This document shows, one piece after another, positions 1 through 13,700 of a DNA stretch of 64,000 nucleotides; position 1 is the first letter of the stretch; each line of letters opens with the position of its first letter. The notes beneath the pieces are model-generated. The model did no database searches and had not been told where the DNA came from. It was given only the letters and a program-made list of their open reading frames with translations. This stretch comes from Nageia nagi (lineage: Eukaryota > Plantae > Pinophyta), in contig JBITNC010000001.1 in assembly GCA_050084985.1 (NCBI GenBank), positions 96,224,001 through 96,288,000 of the forward strand, in the 5' to 3' direction. A program made the translations under genes and the position numbers.

Positions 1-300
1 TAGGATGTTTTGTGCCTAGGGACCCAAAACGTAAATGTCCCCCATTTGAGAACATTTGAGGAGATGCCTAGGCATACCCAAGACTTGTCATCTCAGGTAT
101 GCCTAGTCCCCAAGACAACGGTGAAATGACCTAGCATCTCTCAACCATCTCAAGTGCACCTAATTAGTGGAAAAAGAAAAAAGTTAACAAGTTAAAAGTA
201 AGAAAAATAAAAAGGATCTAAAGACCTAAAAGTGAAACACAATAACAAAATAAAAACACAAGCACCTAAAGTGAAACAGACATTGCTATTTGGAATCCTC
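1..300. mobile_element. Probable DNA-transposon (MITE/hAT-like) subterminal remnant, cut by the window edge
   Basis: GC-richer GGGAC/GTCCCC motifs like those at 33330-33590; no terminus visible. Confidence 0.25.
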
Positions 301-871
301 AATTTGGAGGCTAAAGTTTGGAGTTTAGCACAACTGTTTTGGATTGAAGCAAAGAGCTGCAAGCATTTGAAGCATCAACAGTTTGAGGTAGGAGCATTAG
401 CAAAATCTATCAGCTGTTTGTTTTCTGTTTCTTGTTTTACTTTCTATAGTGTTTGCCAGTTGGGTGTCTTTCTCTTTTATGAATGAGACACATATGCCCA
501 CCCATTGAATCTTTCATTCTTTTTTGTTGCTCTTCCAATCAAGATTACATCTGTAGGTCAAGTTGGTTCCTCTATCCCCAAAATTGCATCCTTCTTAAGC
601 AGTGTTGCCAGAGGTGTAACCATACTGCCAGAATTCCTAACACACTTGCAACAACATCCAACAATCCATGTTAACCCTTGGATGTTCCTAGAAATTCCCA
701 ATTCGTTGTGGTTGTGATCTTGTTGGGTCTACTTCGTGATGTAGCAGCAACCTAAGGGGTAATGCACCAAACTATTTGACTTCAATGTTTTCAGTTGGAT
801 CTTGCAGGAGGATCCAAATTCTTGATTTTCAAGTTTGTGCAACCATTTTTTAACATTTTGCTTAGGTAAGA

Positions 872-1444
872 TTTTTTTTTATGAAAAGGCATTATATTAA
901 ATTTAATATTATATCTTTACAACAAACAGGTATGGATGTATAGAGTACACCCCATTATGAATTCTTCAAATTAACCCATATAAAAAAATTACAAATTAAC
1001 AAAAAGAGCTATTTATCAAAAGTCCAATAACATAGAAAAATCTTGGGAAAAAATGCCTGAATCATGTTGGGAGGTGTGAAAGGAGGGTCTTCGTCATCCC
1101 CACTAGGTTTCCATGGTTGGGGTCTCCTTCATCATGATGGGGAAGTGCTCACCCAGTTTCATCCATTGTTGGCCCCTGAGAATCACCCCATCCAATAATT
1201 GGCTTTTGCTCCTTGGAGCACGTGTCCCATCCATTGCTATGATGAGCCACACCAAGCCAGGGGTAAAGCCCATGATAAAGCAAGTTGTGGCAGCTGGGAA
1301 TGTGGGTGAATTGGTAATCTGGAGCGACCATGTTGTGCTGGGTGAATTAGTTAAGAATTTGGCTACATGTAAAGGGTTATTTGATATTCTAGTAACTTTC
1401 ATGTTGATATTCAGATCTATTAGACATGGATGATAACATAGCAA
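872..1444 (-). mobile_element. Probable 5'-truncated LINE 3' end
   Basis: T-run at 872-880 reads as a poly(A) tail on the minus strand, preceded by an AT-rich tract, a short stem-loop (~932-954) and an ORF remnant (1103-1444). Confidence 0.35.
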
Positions 1445-4400
1445 GGTTTATGTCCTTTGTAGATTGCATATGGCATGCAAACAATCATTTATCTTAACAA
1501 GTACTAGGGTTTGCAGCATCTGTTCAACTCTGAGAGTTCAATTGCAAGTACATTCGAAACCAACATTTTTTTCCTTTTGTATTTCTAGTAGGTGTATGGA
1601 TTGTACAATATTCTTGTTTTAGCTTTCCTTAGTTTTAACTTTTTGTCGTTTAAATTTCTCTCTAGCATTCTATTCTCATTCCTATTCAACCTTTGGATGC
1701 AGATATCATTGACTTTGACAAATTCTTTAAGATCTCAAGCAGTCATACAATTGCTATAGTTTCTCAGAAAATGATTAAATAATTTTAATCTTTCAGAAAT
1801 GATTAAATCTATGATTCAGAACAACCCTAAGTTGGCATGTGTATAGAAAAGGAGGAAGAATAATCAAAAGTTTTAAAAGAGAGAGCTGGTGTGCACTGGT
1901 ACTGATCTCCTCACATTAGCAACAACATTATGCATTTGGATTGTTGCCCATATAGCACATGCAGGAGATTTTAAGGGTAACCAAAACACATATTGGTAGT
2001 TGTGAAATCCAATTCGAGGTGGTTGAGCCTTATGCCCTTAGAAGCATAGAAGCAAAGATTGGTGTATTATTATCACTACTTGTTTGAGTAGGATAAGAAG
2101 TTATAAGGATACTCCTCTTGCACCCGTCGGATTATGGCATAGGGATGAAGCCATATTTGAGCCATTGGGAGATACTGATGGCAAGGAACACAACAGGTGT
2201 TGACCTTGGAGTGGGTTTCTTTGAAAGTTTTGTAATAGTCATAATCAGTTCCCTAATCGGACATGGCAACTGAAAGGTTGTATCCAACCTTTCAACTAAA
2301 TTTACATGCTGCTTGAGCATGCTAACTCTTATATAACATGGGTTTTTTAATGTTTTGTGTTGTCAAGTGAACAACTGGTCTTGTAACACTTGTGAACCAC
2401 ATTTGGGACCAGCATTAACTGCTCAGGTGTTCAATGCTTCATTAAGATTTGGCAGGTCAAATCAAGAATCCCCAAGGTTACCACAACAGACTTTTAATGG
2501 AGTCTTCGGGCAAGGGGTCGAATGACCATATATTTTGGATATATACTTCTTTCAAAACATTTCAGACATCAGTACAGGATTATTGAACTAGTTATTCATT
2601 GGCCCTCTTTCTTATAAAGGTTTTCATTTAGAGAAATGTTCAAAAATTTACAGCATATAACACGATTGATCACCATTGGTTTCTATGAAAGACAACACAT
2701 TGAAGGGGAAATTCAAAATTCACAGGTTAGCCTATTTGCAGCTTTCCTGTGGAAGACTTGGCTGTGCTTGCCAAAAAGCTAATTTTGCTTGCTTTTGTAA
2801 AGATATCAAGTCTTTTTGCAAACTCAAATCATTTTTTTCTCAATTTATGTGGCAAGCATTACTATGAAATCACATTCATAAACTGATGCAATTATCATGT
2901 TCTTTGACTTATGTAAAATGAATTCCTCCTCTTTCCAAATCCTTCAACTCCCCTCACTGGGAGTGAAAAAGTCAGATTATATGCATATTCTTATTCAACA
3001 ATCCACATATACAAATGGAAGTACATTAAGGTCAGACTAATGATCAAAACAGGTTGAAGGAACTCAAATGTGTAGTTGACAATGACACAATCAATGCACA
3101 GACTTAAACAACCCCAGCATAAGAAAACAGCAATCAAGATTTTTGATAGGATTATAAACTCTAAAGCAAATTAAGCTACAAGATGGAGGATAAAAGAAAA
3201 AATCTGCACAAAATGCATGTAGGAAATAACACAAATCAGGAACACTATTTTCCTGAGATGGCACTGTCCTCATTAGCATTAAAGGTATATATATTCACAG
3301 ACCTGTAATCATTAATGATGGATTTTACAGTACAAATTAGGGAAATAGTTGACCTAAGAGAAGTTGACAAAGCAAACTTTGCCAAACACAAAAAGTATGA
3401 GGCTTTCCTACTATGAAGAGCCAAAGGTTTAATAGAAGGGTAGTTATGCTAGATGATAAATATTTACTAAAGCTTTCCCTTGACACCGTAGATAATAGAA
3501 TATTTACAAAATAGTTTCTAAATTCACCCCAAATGTTGCTTCCAAAAAGAAAAGCCTTTTGCATCTTTGTTCTGTATGATGCAATGAGAAGTAGATAAAA
3601 CTCCAAACCCCTAAAGCGCTCTCTCTATCTCCCCTTTCTTTACAATCTAAAATGCATGACTGTGCCCACTGCTACCAATCAACTTGTGTAGACTCCATAA
3701 CACATCGTGAATCTGCATATTGTCCAAATTCAGTCAAGGTTATTCTGTTGCAGCCTAAGAGACTAACCCTACATTTATATTCTTATCCATTGCCTCAAGC
3801 AATCAATTTATTATTTGATAATTTATTTATTCTCTTAACATTCTAAATCATTAACTATGATAGTGTCCTAGTACAAACAACTGATTCTTGTACTCCATTT
3901 TTTTGCAATTTTAATATCCTAATTACCTAGGACATGAAGCTGTCACCTAACTAGATCCAGAGAAGACAATTTCATCTCAATTTTTAAAATGGGTCACAGA
4001 AAGCACAAGAAGCCCCTCCTGAATTTGCTTCCTAATTAACATTTGCACTGGTTAACTGGATTCCCGGCAATTGTTTTCTAACTTCCTATCCCTAAACATG
4101 GATGGAAATGCCAAGTCCATAAGTGCACTTGAATGAATTGACCAAGTACACAAGGTACTTCTCACTTGTCAAGATGAATTCCATTTTCAGATTTTATTTA
4201 TATATGGAATAAGAAGTTGTAATCTATATCATGGATATGATCCATAATATGCAATAGAATTTGTATGTAAAAATAGGGTGAATATGACTTGTGCCTTCTC
4301 ACACCTATCTAATAACTGCAAAAATCCTACAAAACAAATTCCAAACCCTCTAAATGAAAATCAAAAAGTAACAGTAACCCACTAACTAGAGACAAAGGCA

Positions 4401-4514
4401 TGAAATGCATTAAGAGAGTTAGAACAATGTGAATTTGCATATAATCAAAAAATATACTCTTGCATAATTTTCTAGCAATGAAGAGGCATTAAAAGAATGA
4501 CAAGTAAAACTCAC

Positions 4515-4718
4515 TTGTAAGACATAGTGAAGATCTGGTCTGCCATCATTTAAAACTTGAGCATGGGTAGGGAGTCGTAAATATCCATCCATAGCTGCCT
4601 TTCCCCAAACATAATCCTCATTGTATCCTGGTCGCAAGCTCATTTCTTCTGCAATTTTACTGCAAATGTATGAACGAAGTGCTGCTCCAGCAACAGAGAT
4701 ATTAGACCATCGTCCCCG
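4515..4718 (-). CDS. Host exon H (204 bp): RGRWSNISVAGAALRSYI...LPTHAQVLNDGRPDLHYVLQ
   Basis: Acceptor ctctatgcAG, donor GTgagt, phase 0-0; first half of repeat 3. Next exon not located. Confidence 0.83.
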
Positions 4719-7700
4719 CTGCATAGAGAGATTATCCTCATAAACAGGCCATAATTATGAATGTAAGACAATTGTGACAAAAAAATGACTTAGAAACTTC
4801 AGTTGTATGTTTCAAATTTTCAATCATATCAAAACTAACCTCACTTCTCCTTAATTTGATATTCATGTACTTTGCAACCTTGAGTCGTCCCCCAAACCTC
4901 TTTACAGAAGCATATAGGGTTTGATCATGTGCTTGTAGATCTTTGTATGATGGGAAATCAGATCTGTATCACACCAAAGAAAGAGAATCAAACTGAGGCA
5001 TTAAATGAGCCATCATTTCCAAAAAAATTACACTAGGGAAGAAATAAATACAAAATTATACGTGATTAAACACCTGATAAGATTACCCACAGGCCCCTAA
5101 ACTTCATTAATTTGCCAATGCTTAATCTCACTTGGCTGAGTGTCATCAAACCAGATTGCTCTGACAGTGTCTTGGACTTGGATCCCTCAATATCACCTAA
5201 ATTTGGACATTTCTGCTTAGGCAGAATATATTTGCTCTTTTCTCGACCCTGTACATGCACTGTCCAACGCTGCAATGCATAGCCGACTGCTTTATAACCA
5301 CCATGGGAGATTATCTGTATACAATAAACAAATGGAGCATATGAAACTTTTGTGCCAACTTCAATCCAGAATAAAGATAGCAATGTCATTTTGTACCTCG
5401 TTATCGAATTCAATGAAAGGTTGATTCATTTTGACAATCATCCTAAAGAAGCGCGACATATCCTCTCATACTGATAAAATAATACATCAGGTACACAATG
5501 AACAGTAATTCTTAATCAAGGACCTTATATCCATATTCCATAGGCTATGACTACGATCTTGACGATTAAAAATACCAATTTTGCAGTCAATTAATTTAAA
5601 ACAACTTGACTGGCCCCTAGGTAGTGGTATTATTTGAATACGATGATCCTTGGGAGGTGGAAGGGAATGACCACTGGTACAAGGCGCAGGGGGAGTACCA
5701 TGTGTTGAGGGACTTTCCACGGATTTCATGCGAGGAAGCAGCATAAAGTTGGGTATAGGTCTTCATACTCCGCAAGACGAGGCTTCTCACGTGACAGCAA
5801 GGGAAGAGCTAGACTTCACTACGGGGAAAAGGCCATGCAAGATGGCTAATTGGATGGCAGAAGGGTGGGAGGCCGGTGTGCATTTATTAAGAGCGGGGGG
5901 TGGATTGATGGTAACCATCATTCGGCTAGGTGTTGGGGAGACCACATGTAGAAGGCGATTGCTCTTATGGCTGAATTCAAAGCAAGAGGTGCTGACAGGG
6001 GGCACAAAGACCTTCGGCCAGAGCCGGCTAAGCTCTTGGTAAGCGACGATGTCCAAGAGGAATTGAAGAGGGCCGACGACTGGGAATTCTTGGAGATGTT
6101 TGAGGGGTTTGATGTGGAGATTTGCCATTAGATGGCAAGGAGCTGGACGGAAGGCTATGTCACAGTGGGAGCCTTCTCCTTTGAGATCTCCTTGGCGGTA
6201 ATTTCAGAGATATCAGGGTATGGTGGACGAGGGACTGAAGACCACATGCGATAAACAACCCCAACAGACCGAAATGGACTTTTCATGTCAAAGGAGAAAA
6301 ACGGTGGGGTGGCAAATATATTCTACGGGAAGGGCTCCCCCAACCTTGGCCGAAAGTAGCAGGAACTATAATGAACTACTTTACGCTGGATACCTAGATG
6401 ACCTGGGTGCGTGGCTACCACCTGGCCATCTTGAACCACATGTGATGGAGGAAGGGGGTGAATATGCCCTATATTGTATTCAAGGAATTAGAGAAGGCGG
6501 AGGAGGACTTCCAAAGGGGCAAACTAAGTACGCCCCTCAACAAGGGTTGTTTCTCTTAATTACAAAATTCATGGCCCAGAAACAAGGATGGATGGGCGAC
6601 CCTAATGACTTGCAACCCTTGCTCAAAAGCATTGAAGAGGAGACTCTGGGGAGGAGCGACAGGGAAAGGATGAGCCGGACATGGGAGGCAAAGCTCCCAG
6701 CAGAGGACCAAAGGCATAGCAAAAGTGGAGATGGATGACTAGGAGGAAGAGATGATGTCAGCCTCCAAGGAAGAGGAGCAAGGTATGCGGAAGAGAGTTA
6801 GAGGGGTGAAAGGTGCTCTGCTCAAGGAAATTAGTCAGCTACGAGGAGAGCTTATGACCGGGGTGAACAACTTCACGACACTGGTTAATAAGTTGCAACA
6901 ATCCGTTTGTGAGGAGTTGGATGTCTAGTATGTTGGTCTTGTCCAAAAGAAGCCTTCAGAGAGTAGGGTGGTTGGTTGCATGGCGAAGTAATGAAAAAGT
7001 AGTTTGCTCTATTTTGGCTCGAAAAGGTATAGGTTGTGTTGTGCCCAGACAACACACCCCAAAATACAACATTTTGGGGAACCTATTTTTGCAAAGGCAA
7101 TGAGGTGCATTGCCTTGAGATTGGCTTTGGGCAACGGATAGTTCATTCTAGAGAGTGCAAACATAATATTAGGGAGCAATTCAAGGAGATCTTGCGATGA
7201 AGACCCTGAAGTGTATCAGAGTATCCAATCACTGATTTTATCAAAGCATGGCTTTTTGGGTCTAGAGTGCAATCAATACACATGGGGTCGGTTTTGCAAA
7301 GTTTGAGCTCACAAATGCCGAAGGTGACAAAAAAAGGCGCGTTTTTGCAGGATTCAAGCACAAAGGTGTCCAGATGAAAAAAATGAGCATTTTTGTTAAG
7401 TTTGAGTCTAGGTGCAGTGAATATGGCTAAGATGACAAAAATAAGCGTTTTTGTCAATTTTGACCCTGAAAAAGCCGAAAAGAGCAAGTATGATAGAAAA
7501 TGTGTGTTTTTGTCAATTTTGAGCTCGGAAGTGGTCAGTAAGGCAAGAATGTGCATTTTTGCATAGTTTGGACCCGGAAAGCTCGAAAATGGTCAAAAAT
7601 GCAATGTTGAGCCCAAAATGCTTAGAAATACTCAGAAAGTGCAGTTTTGGCCAGGAATGCACACAAATGTTCGATTTTGACCGGAAATGGCCAAAAATGT

Positions 7701-10700
7701 AGCATTTGACGTCTTGAAGTGCCAAAAATGCTGAAAATGATCGTTTTTCAGAGATTAAGCTTGATTTTGACTTAAATGCTGGAAATGACCATTCTTCAAA
7801 GTTTGAGCTCGAAAATGACAAAAAATGTGGATTTGGTCAAGTTCAAGCTTGAAAATGGCGAATATGGGTTTGGAATGCACAAGGTGTGTACAAGAGCACA
7901 GTTTGAGGATTTTAGTGATATCAGAGCCCAAGTTTTGACACATAGCTCCCAAGAATGGCAAAATATGAAAAAGTTTCAAGAGACAAATGCAAATGGTATC
8001 CAAAGTCAATTCTAAGAGCATCATTGGAGAGATAAGGTTATTTCTAACACAATTAGGACTTGAAATTTTTGATTTTGACCAAGTTTTGAGCCCTCCAAGA
8101 CTAGGCGTAGTTTTTCAAGCTAATGGAAACCCATTGAGGTGTATTTTGGTGCCTAGCTACCAAGGGAAAAATGAAATTTGTCTCAAAAATCAAGGGAAAT
8201 GGTTTGATTGCATGTAAAATCCCATTCTAAGGCACTTTAGGTCTATAAATTTTTTATTTTGACCAATGGAAGTGCCCTAAAATCCTAGGCACAAGTTTCC
8301 AAGTGATTAAAAATCCATAGACTTGCATTTTGGCGCCTAACTTGAAGGAGAAAATGGATTTTGACCAAAAGACCAAACCAAAGGCATAGATTGATGAAAA
8401 AAGGGGTTTCAAGCACATTTAGGTCTTCAATTTTCCAAATTTGAGCAAGTTTTGAGGCCCAAAAACCTAGGCGCATGTTTTCAGCTGTATGGAAATCCAA
8501 TGGAGTGATTTTTGGTGCCTCACTTGGAGAGATAAGTGCAAAACTCAACGACAATTAATCCTAAGGTGCTCGTTGGGTCAATAATGGCATTTCTAGCACA
8601 TTTAAACTTGCAAATTTTCAATTTTGAGCAAGTTTGATGGCTCAAATTCCTAGGTGCAGTTTTCCATATTTTTCCAAATCCAATGGAGTGAAAAATGGTG
8701 CCAAAAATGAAAAAGTTGACAAATTTTCATCTAAAATCAAGTTTGGGGTGTCCATTAGGTGAAATTTGGCATTTTGAACACATTTAGGTCTTGGAAAAAT
8801 CAATTTTGAGCACTTTTAAGCACCCTAAAGGCTAGGCGCAGGTTTGCAAGGCTATGGAAATTCAATGGAATGAATTTTGGCACCTAGCATGAGGAAAAAA
8901 GATAAATTTTGTCCAAAACTCAGGTTTGAAGGTTTGTAAGCAAGGAAAAGGGCATTTCAAGAAGGTTTAGGTCTACAAAATTTCACTTTTGAGCAACGGA
9001 AATGCCCCAAAAGCATAGGCGCATGTTTTCATGTCAATGGAATCTCAATGAAGTGTTTTTTGGCACCTAAGTCAAGGAAGAAGATGGATTTTTGATCAAA
9101 AACCAAATTTGAAGGCATAAATGGATAAAAGACCCCATTCAAAGCACATTTAAACTTGCAAATTTTCATTTTTTAGCAAGTTTGGGGGCACAAATATATA
9201 GGCGCAGGTTTGGGGCTGATTAAAGATCCATAGGACTGAATTTTGGTGCCTAGGTTGGAGAAAATTGATAAATTTTACTCAAAAATCAAGTTGGACTCCT
9301 TCATTGCATAGTAAACGACATTTCTAGCACATTTAACACTTGGAATTTTTTATTTTGAGCCATGGAAACCCCTCAAAAAGGAAGGTGCAGATTTTCATGC
9401 CATTGGAAATCCATAGACTTGAAAATTGGCACCTATCATGGAAGAATGTGAAGATTTTGCTCATAACTCAAGTTTTTTGACATATTCTTATGGAAAATGT
9501 CATTTTGAACACATTTAATACTTCAAATTTTCAATTTTGAGCAACTTAAAGGTACCAAAAAGTTAGGCATAGTTTTTCATGTGTATGGAATTCCAATGAG
9601 GTGAAAACTAGCGCCTAACTTGAGGAGGAACATCAAATTTTGCTCAAAAATCGAAAACTTTGCTTTCATTGCATGTAAAATGACATTCTAAGCAACTTAA
9701 AACTTTGCAATTTTGGAATTTGAGTAAGTTAAAGGGCTCAAAAATCTAGGATGCATTTTTCATTCCTATGGAAATTTCACCTTTTTCTACCAAACGAAAT
9801 CCATAGACATGAAAATGGAAAAAATTGCTAAAATCTCAAATCCTTCATAAAACCTCCTAAAAAGCTCTAACACCTCTCAAAATTTGTCAAGTACCTTGTA
9901 ATCCCATCCTCCATCCATCCATGAGCTCAAATCCGCTTTTTAAAATTTTTCCAAATTTCAAGAACCCCCTATCTTTTTCGAAAAATAGCCAAAAAATCCA
10001 TTTTTTCAAAAAATTCTCTCAAAACCTCTTGAAAATTTGCCACAATGATCACATCACAAGCAAATCTAGATTCAACGAAAGAAGGAGCTCAAAAAACTAA
10101 CAAAAGGATCCAAAACAAGATTTGAAGCTCCAATTTCTAACAAATTGATGCAAAATGCCTCGAAATGCATGCCAAAGGGCATCAATTTTTGTAAATATTT
10201 TATTTTTAGCATATTTTAGCAGGATGAGACTGTTCTCCCACTAAAACGATATTGTAATCTCAATTTAGCATTCAAATTAGCATTTTAAAGCTTTTTTTAA
10301 AATTAGGGCAACACCCTCATATTTTGACCTAAAAAGTCTATAAATAGACCATAGAGGGTCACATTTTGAGGTAGAATGTTGTAGTCCAAGAAATTTCCAA
10401 TTTTTTTCAAAATTGAAAATTTTTGCAATTGAGGAGCAAATTGATGTACTTATGCAAAACTCTTTTGCAAACATAATACAAATGGCTACAAGTTGATTCA
10501 AAGTGTGGTTTCATTTATGGGAGTGGTGGATTGATCTTTTAAGGACAATTTTTGTAATTCAAATATTTTTGTGCCTTCTCTTTTAAAACTTTCAAGTTTT
10601 AGGAGAATTTGTTGTAAACTTTCCAAAATGTTTGAATTGTCTTGAATTGTTGCTAATTCATCACTTGCTTGTTAAATGCTTAGTATTCTGAATTGACTTT

Positions 10701-13700
10701 CTCTTAAGACATCTTCCTAGATCTTTTGTTCAAAACTATCCCCTTTCACTCACGCTTAGTCCATTTGGTTGCATTGGTCTTGTTCACATAGTACCGACAA
10801 TCGATTCCGCTTCTAGCTCATCTTTGGAATGATTGGAAAATAGTCATTCATTTCAAGGACTTGATTGAATTGAACAAGATTTCTTAACCGATCCGAGAGA
10901 AAGAACATTTAGACAATGTTGCATTATGATTACCTCTTTGAAGTCTGGCCAATATTCGACCTCATTCTCACTTTTTCTTTTCTTTATTTTACACTTTCTT
11001 TAAGAACTTATGGTAACTTTCGAACTATTGTAAGATAACACACCTCACTCCCTACAAAAAACGTGAGTTAACAATTATTACCTCTACTACACCACTCGGC
11101 TGATTCCCAAACAAGACCTACAAATTTATAGCTCGTATTAACGACACGAGCTTTCCGATAGAAACCTTGGGGTATCAATCCTTACAAGAGAAGTTCAGTA
11201 ATGCATTCTCACCTACATGTTGGGTCGCTTTCCCGTCTTGATCATATGGGCGATCGCTGAGTAAGAGGAAAGGTTTCCTTCCCAACAAGTTGATCGTTGG
11301 TTTTTTGGCATGTGTCAGGTAAGTGTCAGTAGTCTAACTGACGTAGTAGTTAGAAGTCTCTTACAAGTAGGTTTTTGTTGAAGGATGGGGCCAATATTGA
11401 ATATTTTTCAAAATTGTACTCGAGGTTATTGGTTCCCCTCAAAAACCACCTCTAATACAAACAAACAAAATTTTAAAACAACTTAACTAAAACACTTTGG
11501 AATATAAATCATTTAATTTCTTTTCCATTTCTTAAAGAGATATGAAAGTGATCTTTGATTTCAACTGAAATTTGCAATACAGAGGATTATATCAACAAAA
11601 AGTCATATGACATTAAGCCCGAAACTGATGCGAAATGCCCAAAGGAAGCCCATAAATGAAGGAAGACATTTAGAAAAGGCGCATAATAAAATAAAAATCT
11701 AAGCTCTAATTTTTGTCCTTATAGGAATGTGATTTCATATTTAAAGCTAAGTTGCAAAGATACAGATACTGATGCAGGTACATCATAAAACTTATAAAAT
11801 TATACCTTGCACACAAACTTTATTAATTATTGTTTGTAACTTACAATTTATATAATAAAATGAAAATGGTCTTATGGAAAAATAGCTTATTTGTAAATTT
11901 AGCATTCATCTATAAAGATCATCACGAAGTTTGAAGGAAAAGAATAAAGTGGCAATAATAAAGATCTGAAGATGACCTTATATCCATCACAGCCACAGTT
12001 AGTGGGAGTTTTTAAGACTCTATAAAGATGCAGTTGCAACTGCCAGTGGAGTGACTTTTAAGAATTTTCCAGAGATACAGTTGCAGCCATGATTGAAAGG
12101 AGACTTTGAATGTGGAAATGCAGTAGCAGCTTCCAAAACCATCACTAATGCAAGTCTTGAGTTTTAAAGTTACAGTCCAAGAATGATTCAAATTTTGTGT
12201 CGACATCCGGAACAGGATGGACATTTTTGGTTGTTAAATTTTGCCTAATGAGTAAAGTTTAGGATTCTAAACAAGACAGATTACAGTTTTCATCCAACAG
12301 ATGGAGATTCCTCAAGAGGGCGGTGACAGATTTATTGCAGAGGTTTAATATTTGAATAGCTTCTGTTGTTAGGGTCCTACCCTAACATCCGCATTGGCAA
12401 TATTTCATATGATTGGCTCCGGCCCTTAAAGAATGAAATAGAAGGATCTTAACCATAGGGATTAGTGATAGTTAAATTCTTCTACAAATAGTAGAAGAAG
12501 ATAAGATCAAAGGCATTGTGTCTCGGGTAATGTATTTGTCTCTCGCATAATAGGGATCTGGATCTATCTAGATATTAGCAAAGTTCATCCCTCAAAGTGT
12601 GGACAACTCTATTCTATAACTTCCTTGATCAAATATATTGATTTTATCAATTTAAATCTCTTCATTTATATTATGTTGCGATCTATTATCAAGTTGATTA
12701 TTGAATATGGTGGATATGAAATATTGTCTCTACAAATTGGTGCATAAAATGTCATATCAATTCCTAGATACTTGCAGAAGGCAAATTGGTGAAATGGGAA
12801 AAATAAGCCCATGGGCTTCAAAAGTTACAGAGCTGCTCCAAATCAGGTATTATTATCCAGCAATTTTTGGTGATATGTTTTCAGCTACATTTTTCTGTTT
12901 CCAATAACTGTAAATGCAGCCTTTTGAGGATTTGTCTGAAGAAACCAATTTGAAATTGCTGCAATTCTTCAACTATTTTGAAAATCCATCTACAACTGAG
13001 GTAAAATTAAAAATAAAAACAAAGAATATTAAAAAACTACCAAGACCAGATTTACCCTATTGAAAGAAGCAGAGAGCTAGTCAATTGGAATTGTCAGTGT
13101 GACATTCACAGCTGGCTACTTCTCAGCAACAATGTTGATCCAACAACTCATCTCATTGCGAAGAGCTCTTCAATACTGGCCTTTCGGCATAGGTCACTCA
13201 CAACTGCAAGGTTGACCACCAACCAATGCTTGGAAGTGGGTCTCATAACTATACCCTGAAAAGCAAGAGTCAGTTCAAAGACTCAAAACCCCAAAGGCCA
13301 ATGGTTGAATATAATTATGAAAAGGAAAAATGAAATCATTTGGATATAACATAAAACATGAATATATTTCAAGAGGAACTTTAGGAAAATTGTCCACTAT
13401 CCAGGATCAATAGGAACATTTGAGTATTGTGGCGAATAGAAACCAAGAGTTAGACATCAAGCTGAATTGGTTGGAAAATTCAGCGCAAAGTGTTGTGACT
13501 AACACAACATGTCCCAAAATCCAGCAATTTTGGGGACCCTCAACAACTCGTGTCCATGTAGTGTCATGTCTTTGTCTCATCCAACTCAAGAGGTTTCCTA
13601 AGACCTAGATACTATGACAAATCCTCCTAAACCTAAGTCTTATCATCCACCTAGTCTCACTCATGTTGAACGAAATCTGAACTTCCAAAAAATGGCTAAG

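Larger units (their letters stand above)
5560..11470 (+). mobile_element. 5'-truncated LINE (extra ORF3 + 3' UTR) split by a solo LTR at 7037-11287
   Basis: Degenerate ORF homologous to the L1 ORF3 at 27154-27750; 3' end with stem-loop and A-rich tail at ~11420-11470. Left boundary approximate. Confidence 0.55.

Noticed and set aside
2730-2960. Terminal host exon after the strong acceptor near 2957
   Set aside because: The required phase-0 reading starts with TGA and no frame continues the expected GG...VA..L repeat half; unresolved rather than supported.
4419-4514. Read-through C-terminus VSFTCHS...FTLF of ORF 4419-4724
   Set aside because: Starts at a consensus GTGAGT donor and has T-rich intron-like composition.
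7143-8554. Cluster of ORFs at the start of the 4.2 kb LTR
   Set aside because: They arise from repetitive LTR sequence, have no recognisable motifs and lie on both strands.
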